From Azolla caroliniana (lineage: Eukaryota; Plantae; Polypodiophyta), in the NCBI GenBank assembly GCA_043228905.1, contig JBHGNT010000017.1:682001-746000 (forward strand): 64,000 nucleotides of DNA. Reading direction: 5' to 3'. The notes beneath the pieces were generated by a model that ran no database searches, was not told the DNA's origin, and worked only from the letters and a program-made list of their open reading frames with translations. Shown here piece by piece: positions 39,488-52,659 of this stretch (its first letter is position 1; each line of letters begins with the position of its first letter). The position numbers were made by a program, and so were the translations under genes.

Positions 39488-42400
39488 CTAAGAGAAATCA
39501 TAAAGATTAATGCTTTTGTCATCAGAAACAGTGGCGAGCCGACCAGCCCTCACGCCCTCGCCTCCAGCAGGTCTGAAAGCTACACCCCAAACCTGATCTG
39601 TATGGTCCGTAATAGTCTGAACTGAAGATCTCATTGATAGGTCCCAGAGTCTAACTGTCCGGTCACTTGATCCTGTGGCTAAAGCTGAACCTTCAGGACT
39701 TGCATCAACACACAGAACCCAGCTACCATGCCCCGACATCGCGCAAACAATGCTGTTGTTCTTCGCATCATACATTCTCACATGCTTATCATCAGATACA
39801 GTGAAGAGAATCCCCGGGTCCACAGGAGAAAAAACTAAAGATCGTACAGGCATATTGTGACCTTCGAGATGATGTAAGAGTTTACCTCGTGTAGAATCGA
39901 AAATGGCTACAGTGCCATCCATTGTGCTACACGCGAGAAGCTTTCCATCGACACTGTATGCAACAGCGAGCACAAATTTTCCCGCCATCTTTTCTGACCC
40001 TTTCACAATGCTTGCATCATTTTTGAGAACTGAGAGGCTCACATCATTGCGCCAGGTCACCGTGTTCCACAGCTTCACTGAGGCGCTTCCTCCACCAGCT
40101 ACTGCGAGAACTGAACCCTGTAAGAGAATGTACTATTTATGTCCTAGATATCACTTTTTTTGTGATTACCATCACTAATATGAAACATTAATATAGTTTG
40201 TCATTCGTTGAATCCCTCCTTGCTAATACTTGTAGAATTTCCTAGAATAACTTGAGCTCTATGAGATTTACAAGGGGAGATATAAAATAAAATCATTATA
40301 GTATTTGGCCGAGAAAAGGTTCAACTCATTTTTGTGGAATTTATGTTTGGATGCATACAAGAATACAAAAAAATAAACAAAGGGCTCCACACAATTTTAG
40401 GATACAATCAGAAACTTATAAATCCTAAACAAGAATGCAAGAACAAATCAGAAACTTATGAATCCTCCACACAATTTTAGGAGCTCCACACAATTTTGCA
40501 ATGTGCTACAAAACACAGTACTTTACTCTCATTGCGAAATCTCATTCTTGAGACACAAAATGAAGAAGCATTTCTTTGAATTCACCAGCCATTTGTGAGA
40601 TCAACCATGTAGACTAAATATACATGCAGTATCCAAGCAACATATGCACCAAGGGTATGAGACATACTATATAAGTGTGGGCGGGGAGACCTTATGTGAA
40701 ACCCACTAAACCTTTCCAAAACCAAAACCTATGCCTTCACATACCATATGCTACATATAAAAATCCTAAGCTGAGTAAACCCTTCCAAAAAGCATAAAGT
40801 AAATCAGAAACCCATTAAACTCGTTCCTTTATGTAGCATTCAAAATCCCTAAACCAAGTAAACCCTTTTAAAACATATGCTAAATCAGAAAAGCCACTAA
40901 ACCCAGTCTTCCACACATGGTAAAACAGAAAACCCTTCCTAAAGAATATGCTAAACCCTAACTCTGAAACCAGTTAACGTTTACTGGAACATATCCTAAA
41001 CTCCAAACTAAGTAAATGGATTCCCTTCCTGAAACATATTTTTAAACCTCAACACAACTGTGTGTATTTCGCATACGAATGAGAGTGTACCTGACATATG
41101 TGTAACTTATGCGGAACTATAAACCCAAAGAATACATGAAATGTTTATGAATTATATATAATAAACCATAAATCAAAATGTGAGAATCAAAAGTGTTTGA
41201 CATTTGAAAGTAACCTAAATGTGTACGTGTGATATGTGACAGTAACCTAGGTTGACATATTTGGAAAAGCCATATATGAAGGAAAAACGATCAATGACGT
41301 GTGTATTTTGTTACCAAACATGGAAGCTGTTGACTATAAGGAGATCATGAAAAGTGTGAATTTATTTCAAAAGGGCAAGGCTGCAAACACAATTTATTTA
41401 TGGTCACAAATACTAAAATGGATTGGCCCGATGGCTAAAGAATCAATACACGCACTATTAGTCCAGGCAATAGCGACAAGTATTCCTTGTGATTAGCAAG
41501 ATAGTTGGATCAAGACACTGTATAAGGGAGAAGATAGAAATCAGGTCACCAACTATCAAACTATCACGAAACGTTTACGGATTACTCTTGAGCATCAACT
41601 CAGAAAATAGGCAGGAGAACACAGCACGAGAGTCTGCGATAACCAGGTTTCTGACCAAAACTTACAATAGTGATTATGCTATTTGTCTGCATTTAGTACA
41701 ACCATTGTAGGAGAGTCAGATTTTAGGACAACCATTGTACTGTTGTTTTGTAGATTACAAAAAAACTTTTAATAGAATCCTAGAGGCAAAGCAATCGGAA
41801 TGAATGGAAAAACTGGGGGATACCAATATGCTTGAGAGAAAGAGCAGCCTATTTATACCAGCAAGTAGGAAGAAGCTTGAAGACAAACAACAGCCATTCA
41901 AGAGAGTTTATGAACACCCTGGAAGTGAAATAAGGATCTCACTATCACCTAGTCTATTTGGTTTATATACTGCCCAACTAGATGAGGTCATCCAAGAAGC
42001 CTTGGATATTTGACAGTATTGCTTCAGATTTATGCAGTTGATCTTGTACTTTTGGCAGGGAAAATAGAAGCCAGCACAGGCCAGTACTATGAATCTGATA
42101 ACATGTGCCATTTGAGCACAACCCAAAGAGGGAATAAGGCGATAGTATTCGATGCATGCATAGTTCAAAGTCTGTTTTATGCAGTAAGACTTGGAGAGGA
42201 AGAATTCTATCAAGCTCATGGTGTAAAATAGAAAAAACACAAACCACTGAAGATCACAACCCCTTACTCTATAATGCTTTTCAAAACTGAAAGCCAATAT
42301 ATTTTTATTCCCTTTAAGAATTTACAACATATTGGAAGTAAAGACAATGCCCAAAGTCACCTGTAGAAGATGGCGTGGGACAATAAATGCTTAACACAGA

Positions 42401-44291
42401 GAAAACAAAAAGGACATTTCTTTCATCTGACTGGGATTTAAGATCTAATATCACAACGTGCACACAGAGAAAAGGAAAAACGCAGGTGAATATAAGCTCA
42501 TGTTTTACTCAAGCCAAATCGGACGCCCTCAATACAAAACAATGAGTATTATTGCAACAAAATTATATTCAATATCTCAATATTGTGAACATTGCCGAGG
42601 GTGGATGGCTAATGTAATATGAACACCCATGCCCAGAGCAAGAGAGACATGCTCATACACATTGAACAAGGAAACCGTGGGTCGGCTGAATACTGAGTAG
42701 AAGAAAGAGGATATATGTCATATGCTGTCTGAACATACCAGAAATGGATGAAAATATCACTCTAGAATGCTGTGCATATGAGGGAATCAAGCATGATTTT
42801 TAAGAATTCCTACAAGGTTGGACCAGTTTTCAAAACTCCTAGTTGTAAATTATTGGCCGGTCACTTGACACCTGCAAATCAGGTTCGACAACTTTGACAT
42901 TGGCCTAAGGAAAGAGGGGGAGACTCACAAAACAAGAGAGAAATCTCTATGAAATAGACATAAATACCAAATTCTAATATAAGTATCAAAGCAAAGGAAC
43001 AAATTTTTAACTTCAGCTTAGTTTCTCTTTGTCTCTCACACTCTTTCGGAAAGCTTTGACTACTTCATTCATCAAAACTCAAACCGTACACTTTCATCTT
43101 AAATGTTTGACTTTAACTTTGTATGTATTGGCATGGTTGGTTTAGCCACAAAACTAGTTAATACACGTGATTTCAATATATGATTTCTTGTGTTAACACT
43201 TCCATCTTAAGTGTTTGTACATATGTATCAGCATGGTTGGTTTGGCCACATAACTAATTAAAAGATGTGCTTGAAATATATGATTTTTTGTGTTAACATA
43301 TGTGTCTTACATAGGTTCAGTTTCATGCTAATCATTTTTTTGGTTAGTTTACAACAAGGGTAATACCTAGATTAGAGAGAATGTTCATAGTGTGAGCTAG
43401 TCTAATCTACTCCAATGATGTGATCAAGACTGATTGACATTCTCTCTCCCTCTGACTGGTCATCCAAAGGGTGTTACTCCACCTGATCCTCATTATAACA
43501 AACCGACCAACGAGGTATTTCCTAGCATAAGCTAAGGTAGAACCACCACATCTATATGAAGACTAAAGTAAAGCTATTTCTAGGTTCCATAGGTCATGTT
43601 TTTGGTCTCAGGAGGATGATAAAATATCCTCATCATCACGTCTGTCAAACCAGGTTAAACCTTAGACCTTAAACCAAGCAAACCCTCTGCAAGTCATATG
43701 CTTAACCCTTGACACAGTCAACCCTTTCTAAAGCATACCAAGCCTGTAAAAAACTTCCTTAAACATATGCTAACCCCATTAAAACCCTCCATGACACAGA
43801 TGCACTTCTGCACCAAGCAGCACAATGTTCCATTTAAAAATCCAAAAACATAAGCAATAAAAAAACAAATAATGAGAATACAAATAATAAAGAAATAGTG
43901 AGAATCCCCCAAAAAAATATTGTTTCGAAGAACTCACAGTGGGGTGAAATTGCATGAGCCAAGCTTCGGATGGAGGGCTCTCCAGAACAGCCAAAGTAGC
44001 ATTAGATTCCACATCAAAGATACGAACAAAGCTGTCCAGAGATGTAGAAGCAGCTATGGCACCTGAAGGATGGGCAGCAACAGAGACAACCCCCAGAGCG
44101 TGACCAGAGAACGTGCTTTCTTCTTGTAATTCATCCTTACTGTTGATATCCCCATTCCATAGCTTCACACTCTCATCGATGGATCCTGTCAGAAGAAAAG
44201 CTCTGCGATTCTCTGTGGGGGGGACCCACGTCACTGCCCATATGGAGTCGTTGTGGGCGTTGCTCACTGTCTTCAGATTCGCTAACTTCAT
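39488..44291 (-). CDS. VIP3: WD40-repeat protein VIP3/SKI8 (WDR61; PAF1 and SKI complexes), 327 aa, 2 exons
   Basis: Exon 1 44291-43938 (MKLANLKTVSNAHNDSIWAVTWVP..GHALGVVSVAAHPSG..ESPPSEAWLMQFHPT|gtgag). Exon 2 40117-39488 (cag|GSVLAVAGGGSASVKLW..LEGHNMPVRSLVFSP..GRLATVSDDKSINLYDFS). These match plant VIP3 motifs. Confidence 0.96.
41690..42300 (+). mobile_element. Decayed RTE-type LINE reverse transcriptase fragment in the VIP3 intron
   Basis: YCCFVDYKKTFNRI (~41738), LSPSLFGLY (~41941) and IYAVDLVLL (degenerate YADD; ~42029), with stops and frameshifts. Confidence 0.75.
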
Positions 44292-44694
44292 AGCTCTCAA
44301 CCCAAAATGACTGTCGCTCGCTGTCTGTCTCTCTGTTACTCCTACGTCTCTGTTTCCTGATTTGTCTATTCTAAATTCTAATGATTATAACCCCCCCCCC
44401 CTCCCAAAAGGTTTTGCTTTCCTTTATTTCTCCAAATGCCCCTGGACACTACCTACTTTCCTTATATTTCCCAAATTGCCCCTACCTTTCTATGCTTTTG
44501 TTTGCCCCATTTCCTCTCTCCTCAATGCCAACTTCGAGTTGGTCATTAGCTATGATATATATATACCCTTGGCTTGGCTTGTTGCTTTTACTTGTGTGGC
44601 ATGAAAACCCACAAAATCTTGAAACAAATCCCATGTTTGATCCTTGCCATGCGCTAGGCCCCATCCTACGCACTTCAATCTTTCATGGACATTA

Positions 44695-44695
<1 letters not shown>

Positions 44696-44751
<56 letters not shown>
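44696..44751. repeat. (CT)n microsatellite upstream of VIP3
   Basis: About 28 perfect CT units. Confidence 0.95.
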
Positions 44752-44754
<3 letters not shown>

Positions 44755-46427
44755 ATTAGCTTACCATAGTCGTAAGTCACTTACACTATTAACACTACAT
44801 CTTGGATTTGAAACCCAATTTTCTCACCTCTCTATTACTCCATACATATCCTCTTAACTCTCTCTCTCTGCTCATGGTATTTTATACAACCTAATATCAT
44901 TTAAAACCTTGGGTTGTTTAATCTTATCTATAGAGACATATTTTCATGTACAAAGTGATATGGTCTTGCTTTTCTCTTAGTTGTCTAGATTGATTTATAA
45001 ATCCATGTTTTTAGGAGGAAAGTGACATCTAATGTGTCAAATGATCTCAAAACTAAAAATACCAAGAATTCATGTAAGAAATACAATTAAAATCTATTGC
45101 TTAAGGCATGAACCAACAAACTTTTGCTCTTTCGATGCCAATGCTTTAATGTCTCAAGGATGTTGGCTAGATTCAATGCTGCAAATGTCATAATTTCTGG
45201 TTTGATATATACATGCAATTCTCTCAAATTGAACCTCTACATGTAAAAATGCCAAAATGTATCAATCCACATCTTACTACCTCCATTAGAGTTAGCTTTC
45301 AAGAGGCTTAATACATCTTAAAATTTGCACACAAGTTGGGTGTTGGGTAGCATCATGGCATCACCACCCAAGTATGAAGACATGCAAACCCAGTCAAGGA
45401 TGAATGTCACTTCGTGTGCACTACATGTAAGGCAATTCACAAGACAAATGATGACTTAGAAGACAAACATGATAAATTTAGTGACATTGTTTTCACACAG
45501 GCTTCGTTATTTTAGAATCATTTAATAATAACTAGACTTTGACCGTTAATATACAGTACAGAAAATAAATTACAACTCATGCTTTTAAAAAATGATACTC
45601 ATGATTCCAATTGAACAGCCTGTAAAAAAAATGCAAAGATGAAAAATATGCCCAAGGACTCACTGATAAGTTCATTTCCCCTCTTCAAGCAAAAACAATC
45701 AAACAGAGGCTTGAAATTGGAAATGGATCCCATGTCGCAGTAGACTACTATTTTAATCAAATCAAAGATGTGTTCTCTCAATTGATTTTCTGGCACTGAG
45801 ATTATGTTATGGCAACCATTTATTTATGAAATATTTGATGTTTGATGTTTCCGTTTCTGAAATTTATAATGAGATGTAACAATTAGTATCTTGAGATTAC
45901 ATTTGACCATTTTGGAAAGACGATAATTTCCATATATTTTAAGGATTATCGATGTACTTGCGGGTACCAAAGGCATCATTTTGAAAAGATGATACTTTCC
46001 ATATAATTTACAGATTATCAATGTAGTTATGGGTATCAAAAAGCATGAAGACACTTGCCTTTCACCATATATGCTTGCTCTACATATCAATCTTCAAACC
46101 ATGGGAAGAATACATATAAAACGTGAGTTCAACAATTTGACTGAGAAAAAACAAAATGAGCTTTACAACTTAGCTTAATACCTTTCCCAATGTTTAACAA
46201 ATTTTTCCTTCAATTATTTAGTACAGTTTCATGGTGAGAAAAATTGATCCAATTAGGGTGTGTCAGGAAAGGGAGGAATCACCTTCAGTTTGAATTACTG
46301 GTGGTTGTTACAAAAGAACCTAGGAAGTATTTCTGGTTGTGCTTTCAACAACATCCCTGGTTCAAGCCCTGTCTATTAATGATGTAAATTATATACAAAT
46401 CTAGCACTTGACAGGGGAAAACATTGC

Positions 46428-49400
46428 TCATCTCCTATCTGACTTTTTGTCGCTGCTTCTTGATCTTTCCTCTACCTCTTTTCTCTTTTGTTGTCTGCAG
46501 AACATCATATGCTTAAACCATCATGTCTTTAAAACTTGGCAATTTATTAAAAGGAAAGCTTTTTAGTGCCAACTTACATTAGACCCTAAAATCTTTATTT
46601 CAATAGCTATTATAACATGAAATGCTACTATTTTTGAAAGGCATCTTATGAAGTTTTTTCGCCTACTTTTTTTTACTTGAAAATTTGATGCCTATTTTTC
46701 AGCAATAAACTGGTAACGATAAAATAAATTTAAAGGTTTTCCTTGTTTAATGTTTTTAAAGAAAAAGTCCATGCTACATTGTTCAGTATACTTTCAAAGT
46801 AATGAGCTTCTCTGTGAAGAAGACACTTACATAAACGAGGCATAATTGCCTCCCGCATTGGCAGCTAGCAATGCAGTATGAGCTCCCATGGCAGGTTTGC
46901 CAACAGGTGGAAGAGGTGGACCTTTTGCATCTGAATCAACCTGAAAGAGATACATATAAAATCAACATAAGGACGTATTATATGATGAATCATCATAGGA
47001 CCTCTATATTAAGAATTTTCATAAGGGAAAATAGATAGAATCACAGTAAGAACAATATATAAAATCAGCATACCAATAAATATCTAGAATCATTATAAGC
47101 ACGCATATAGAATCATCATAAGAACAAATACAATATGCTTCACTATAACACTCTTCTCATTCTATAAACCTTGTCCCATTTGCTCTTTTTATTTGACCTC
47201 CCAGAATCTGATTTTACCACTGTCTCAGATGAAGGAGCTATTACTTGAGATGCTGCAGTAGCTATCCCTGAAACACAAATACAAATAAGTAATTTTAAGG
47301 AAATCCATGCATGCAAAAACTAAGTAAATTTTGCTATATGAACATTCAAACCAAGGGGAAATTTTTGCGGCTACATATTTCCAAACAGTTATTTTCCAAG
47401 GATTTTGAAAACATTAAGCTAAATATAATGAATTTTTTGAGAGGTTGGCCCAACCCAATTTGCTAACCTTTCAAGGTTTCATGACTTGTCCGACCCATTT
47501 ATTGAAAGATAGTCCCACCTGATTTGCTACACTCTCAAGGTTTCATGACTTGTCCCAATTTTTTGCTAGATAGTCCCACTCATTTATATTTAGTCATCCT
47601 ATAAGGTTCGCTATATTTTATCCTGATGAACCCACCTTTCTGCCCAGTAGAAATAGGTAATGTTGGGATTTGCGCAGTTTGTACCCCTCCATGGACAAAA
47701 TCAACCCGTTGGCTTTGTTTCTTGGCTTGCTCCTTCCTTTCTAGCTCACGCTTGAAATCTGATGCTGTTGAACAGCAGAAAATGTTTAATTAAAAAAATT
47801 TTAAACTTCATAAACTACACGATATTGGAACTAATATTTTGATTTTTTGTTCCAAGGTTGCTTACAAGCTGTCATGGTTCATCCATATCATAGAGTTAAA
47901 AATGAGAGAATCTCTATTTTACAAACCTGATGGAACAATTTCAAATAGGGTGACTGACCTAGTGCATCATAAAAATCACTGGGATCATAACCATGTGGAT
48001 CAAATATCTCCTTCTTGAAACAGCTTCCTATTTGATCTATCTCCTGATACTTTACAGCCCGCTGCAAGAAGTCTGGATTTCGATAACCTTTCGATTTACG
48101 TAATTCTTCATTGAAGCTTCTCCCAGCATTCTTTAAAACTAGATATTTTGCAAATTTTTGCTGCCACCCAATGTCATCATGAATTAGAAAGAGAAACATT
48201 ATTGCTGTTACCCAATGTCATTATGAATCTATCAAAACAACTGGAACATGCCTATAATGAGGACAATGGTAGCTTAAACAGCACAATGCTATGAATTCTA
48301 GAGCATGTGCCACTTGAGCACAACCCACAGATGGGAGATTGCAGCAATAGTATCCAATGCATGTGTGCTGAATCTCTGACCATGGAACTGAGGTTTCAAG
48401 AGGCAATATCTCAGCAAGCTCATATAATTAAATGAAGAATACAAACAAACAGAGTTTTATGCCCTTGAAACATGTTACACATCGATATTGAAACTACGCA
48501 CAATGCCCCAAAATTCTCTCCCCAAGGTGAGACAGGAAATTGGATGCTTCAATCAAGCTGGATCCAGGACATCTGGAAATAGTGTGCAAGATGGCATACA
48601 GAAAAACATTGGGATGTGCATGTAGAGGGAAAAAAATACACACGAGAACATGACTCATTCTTTTACTCCGATGCATTGGAAGCCTCCACGTGAAATGGAG
48701 ACAGTGGAACATAAAGCCATGTTTTAGTACTATTACAGTTGCATTAATACTCAATATAGGGAAAATTACAAGGGTGACTGGCTCATGATAACACTCACAT
48801 CCAGAGACATGCTCACACGAGATATTCTCCATCACAAGGAAGTGCATATGCTCCTACACATTAAAAATAGAAACTGGCAGTCAGCTAAATTTTGGGCAGA
48901 GAAAGAGGATAAGAGATCCATCATCGAATATGATTTTCAATCAGGAATTCTCACAAGGTAGGGCTAGCTTTCAAGAACTCCAAAGAAGGATGAAACCATT
49001 GCTGATGATACTAGGCATTCTGTCTACTCGTCTGCTCAAACATCTTATAACCTCATGGAAGATCAAGTCAATGAAATTCAGCAAATAGTTTCGTTTTTCA
49101 TTTCAGTTTTTATATTTTCTTTTTCTTCTTCTATTTGTGATTTCCCATCATAAGGCTGGGAGCAATACTTTGTAATGTTTGCTGGACCCGTTGATAATGG
49201 GAGTGGATACACAATCATCATCAATCTAAAACGCATACTCCACCAGATAATATGAACCAATCATATCATGGAGAGTGTGTTCCCTATAGCCAACAACTCA
49301 ACTATTCCATATAGCTATGCGACAATTTGGTACATCACAAACTAGTATTGCCATAATCCACAATATTTTAAGAACACCTTGCCCAACCCATATTGGCGCC

Positions 49401-51693
49401 GAGCTAGATGTAGGTAGCATTTTGCAAGACACTGATCTCTATAAGACGCTTTGCTCCAATCATTATTCTTTTACAATTATCATAGTCTCTAATAGCAGAA
49501 ACGGAGACTTTAAGCTCATCTCTTTGATATTGCTCAAAGGCCTTTGTCGGTTCACCATCCATTGAGGCATTTAGGTGGATAATACCATTGATTTGACAAA
49601 GCATTCATATGCAGTAACTGTGAGTCTGTAGTCATTCATTATATCTTCAAATTCGTACAAACGCACCATCTCCTCCAGAAAAAAACCTAAAAATTGCATG
49701 TGTTCATAACAAGATTAACAAGTACTAACTTCTATGGCACAGCCATCACGTGCATGTACATCTGACACCAGATGCCAATGAATACCTCTTTGGTTTTTCC
49801 AAACCTTTTATTGAAAGTATGTTGCTTTCAGGTAGGATAACACCTGCTCTGAATGCATTTTAAAGTAAAAACATGCATAAAAACTAATACACAACGATTC
49901 ATTACAGAGCTGTGAATACCAATGTTAGGATGGAATGAGTCTCTAAACCAGAGAGATCTCTTCTAATGTCCCTGCATGGACAAATCCCATTTTTTACTAC
50001 CAAGAGAATGATGAAAACATCTTTGCTTATGGGTAATTGGGCTAAAAAAGTGGGTCAACATACCTGCAATTCATTGGAACACTTTTCTGTTGACGGAGGA
50101 GGAAGAAAATCTGCCAAAGGATCTGGTTCTGATGTTACATTTTTGTCTGCATCTTCTATGGCACTCATCTCTATATTTACAATCTCTAAAGTTGCTGATA
50201 CAGCAGTTTGATTGGTGTCGGTAGGCAATTTCGAATCGTCAACCTCATCATCTAATCGACCATTCCAAGGTGTTGAGATGAGCCCTCCTGGTGAAGTTGT
50301 TCCTTGAACGAACCCTAATTTGCAATGATCAATTGTAAATGAGAATAAGATATTTATTGCACCATGTCCTTTTTTGTGATAAAAATTATGCATCAAGTAC
50401 ACACCATTGCTAATATGAACAGCCATTCCAAATACAGCTCTTCCTGTATTCGTGTTCTCTCCTTCCTAATAACATCACAGTGAACCGTAAGGTTCATGAA
50501 ACATCAATCAACAAATTATTGCAAAATTTTCATCAATCAATAAAAACAAAATCTAAATCCAGAAGTACAGCATGGGTGTTACCCTTAAAACTTCAAAAAA
50601 ACCATCCTCATTCCGATAACACCAATATGTTTCCAAAGGAACTATAGCTTCTTATGTGTCAACAAACAGACATTATGGAACATATGAGAAAAGCAGTACA
50701 TTTTAAACTTCAAAAACCTTCACTCTGGTTAATACCAGTTAAGCTTAGCTAAAAATAGTTCAACAAAATAATGCAGACTCTTGACGCTATATTCAAATGC
50801 ATAAGAAATACATTGCCATTGCAGTTGCACTCCAAGAGCTCCTATCTCTAGTGACAATTTAATATTAGCTAAAGATAATCATGCACAGCATGAAACAACA
50901 AAATATACAAAAATTTCTATATGACAATAAATGCATAAGAATAATATTGGTATTATCCTTACACTAGAAAACAACACTCCAATCTCAGCTACCATTTAAA
51001 CTTCAATTTGAAATAATCCAACCCACGAAATTTACACACTCTTCATACCACATTCAAATGTATAAGAAAAAGCATTAATGCAGCACTTTAAGCATAGTTC
51101 AAAAATTACCCTAGAATATTTGTCAAGATACATTCAAGTGCATCAGGAAATCATTGCTATTACTCACAAAAACAACAAAACCCTATCCCCAGCTACCATT
51201 CAAATCTTTAGTTCCTAATGATACAACAGAACATATGTAAATTTCTATAAAATCCTCTCGGAGAAACAGTTGTAGAATTTCAATATCTATAAGAAACGCG
51301 AGAAAAGAAACAAGGCTATGATAACGTGCATACCTCATCTGCAACCTCATCATGAGCGTAATCAACGATGATTCCATGAGAACCGTTCCCTAAAATAATA
51401 TCTTCAGAAGATCGAACCGTTTCCAACATACTCTGCGTTTCGGAAACGGCAGAGACGGCTATGGTCTGAGATTCGACTATCTCTGCGTCTTGTTTTCCTA
51501 CCTCATCTTCATCTTTTCCTTCGTGAACCTCTTTTCCTTCTTCTTCGTCCCCTCTTACTTGCGTTAGTTTCTCTTCCTTCTCCTCTTCTTCCTGCTCATC
51601 TATATCTTCTTCATCTTCGTCTTCTTCCTCTGTTTCTTCATCGTTGTACAGAGAAAGCAGAGCGATCCCTTCTGCTTTCCTCTTGCCCGCCAT
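46428..51693 (-). CDS. SAP30BP: SAP30-binding protein (HCNGP domain), ~425 aa, 8 exons
   Basis: Exons 51693-51334, 50465-50405, 50314-50064, 48160-47959, 47764-47636, 47267-47170, 46940-46831 and 46494-46428, all GT..AG and in phase. Motifs: GIALLSLYNDE plus an acidic tract; FLPPP..CSNELQQKF; SFNEELRKSKGYRNPDFLQRAVKYQEIDQIGSCF..FDPHGY; KKSKWDK. Confidence 0.94.
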
Positions 51694-52659
51694 GACTGGA
51701 ACAGGAGAATCGTTTTCTGCGTCCGTCTGTCTCTCGGTGCGTTGCGTGTGTTGTGTTGTGATCTCGTCTTGTTTTAGCTATGGAATTACAGAGTAGAAAT
51801 GGCTCTCTAGTTATACATATTTACAGAGTTAGGCCTTACCTTTGCTTCCTTCCAAAAATCGATGGATTTGATCATGATAATATTGACAAAGGCCATGTCC
51901 TGGGTTCGAATCTCACTGACTGCACTTAGCTTACTTGATTCATGATCTTCTCCGGAATGTAAAGAGTGACACAACCACTTTACTGATCAAATTACAGGCG
52001 GTTTGGATAAGCTATTCATGTTTCGACAAAGGTCTTGGGTTCGAGGCAAACAAGAGTTGTCTATTGAAAAGGATGTGAAATGAAGAACATTAGTATTTCT
52101 TAGCTTCAAATGAATGTACTTCAATAGGTTCAACAAGGGAGTAAAAGCAACAAGTTTGTTATGATGTGAAGCATCCGTTGATTTCTTGTAGATAGAGGAC
52201 ATGTGGAGTGAGGGATTTAATCCCTAGTAAATATATTTCTACGGACAAGATAGAGTGGATTCAACCATTATGGAATAATACATTTCTAGAAGACGCCAAT
52301 AGGTTTTTCAAATCTATAAATAAGCGAGATAAAAAAAAAGAATTGACTCTTATGGTTCTAATTCATCAAATTTTCTAGAAAGCATTGCTCAAGCAAGATT
52401 TTGATAAACTATGAATAGAAATTTGATTTTAAATTCAAACTGGTATTAGACTTTTGTGATAACAACTTATTTAAATTCAAATTGTTGATTGGTGTTTCGT
52501 TCCAAGCAATAACTCTTTTTCCAAGCAATAACTCTTTTATGGATTGTCTTCATTCTCATATTGTATAAATAGAAAGTTGTTTCATTAAGATACATCTAGG
52601 TTATCTTGTCATGGAAGTGAGAGTGATCCTCCATCCTAAAAATTAGATCAAAGAACTAA

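Noticed and set aside
44292-44300. VIP3 start at 44300 as in the ORF track
   Set aside because: That codon is TTG; the ATG at 44291 gives the conserved MKLA N-terminus.
47430-47585. snRNA/telomerase-RNA USE promoter (AGTCCCAC twice)
   Set aside because: Part of a ~60-bp intronic tandem duplication; lacks the full RTCCCACATCG consensus and any recognisable downstream RNA.
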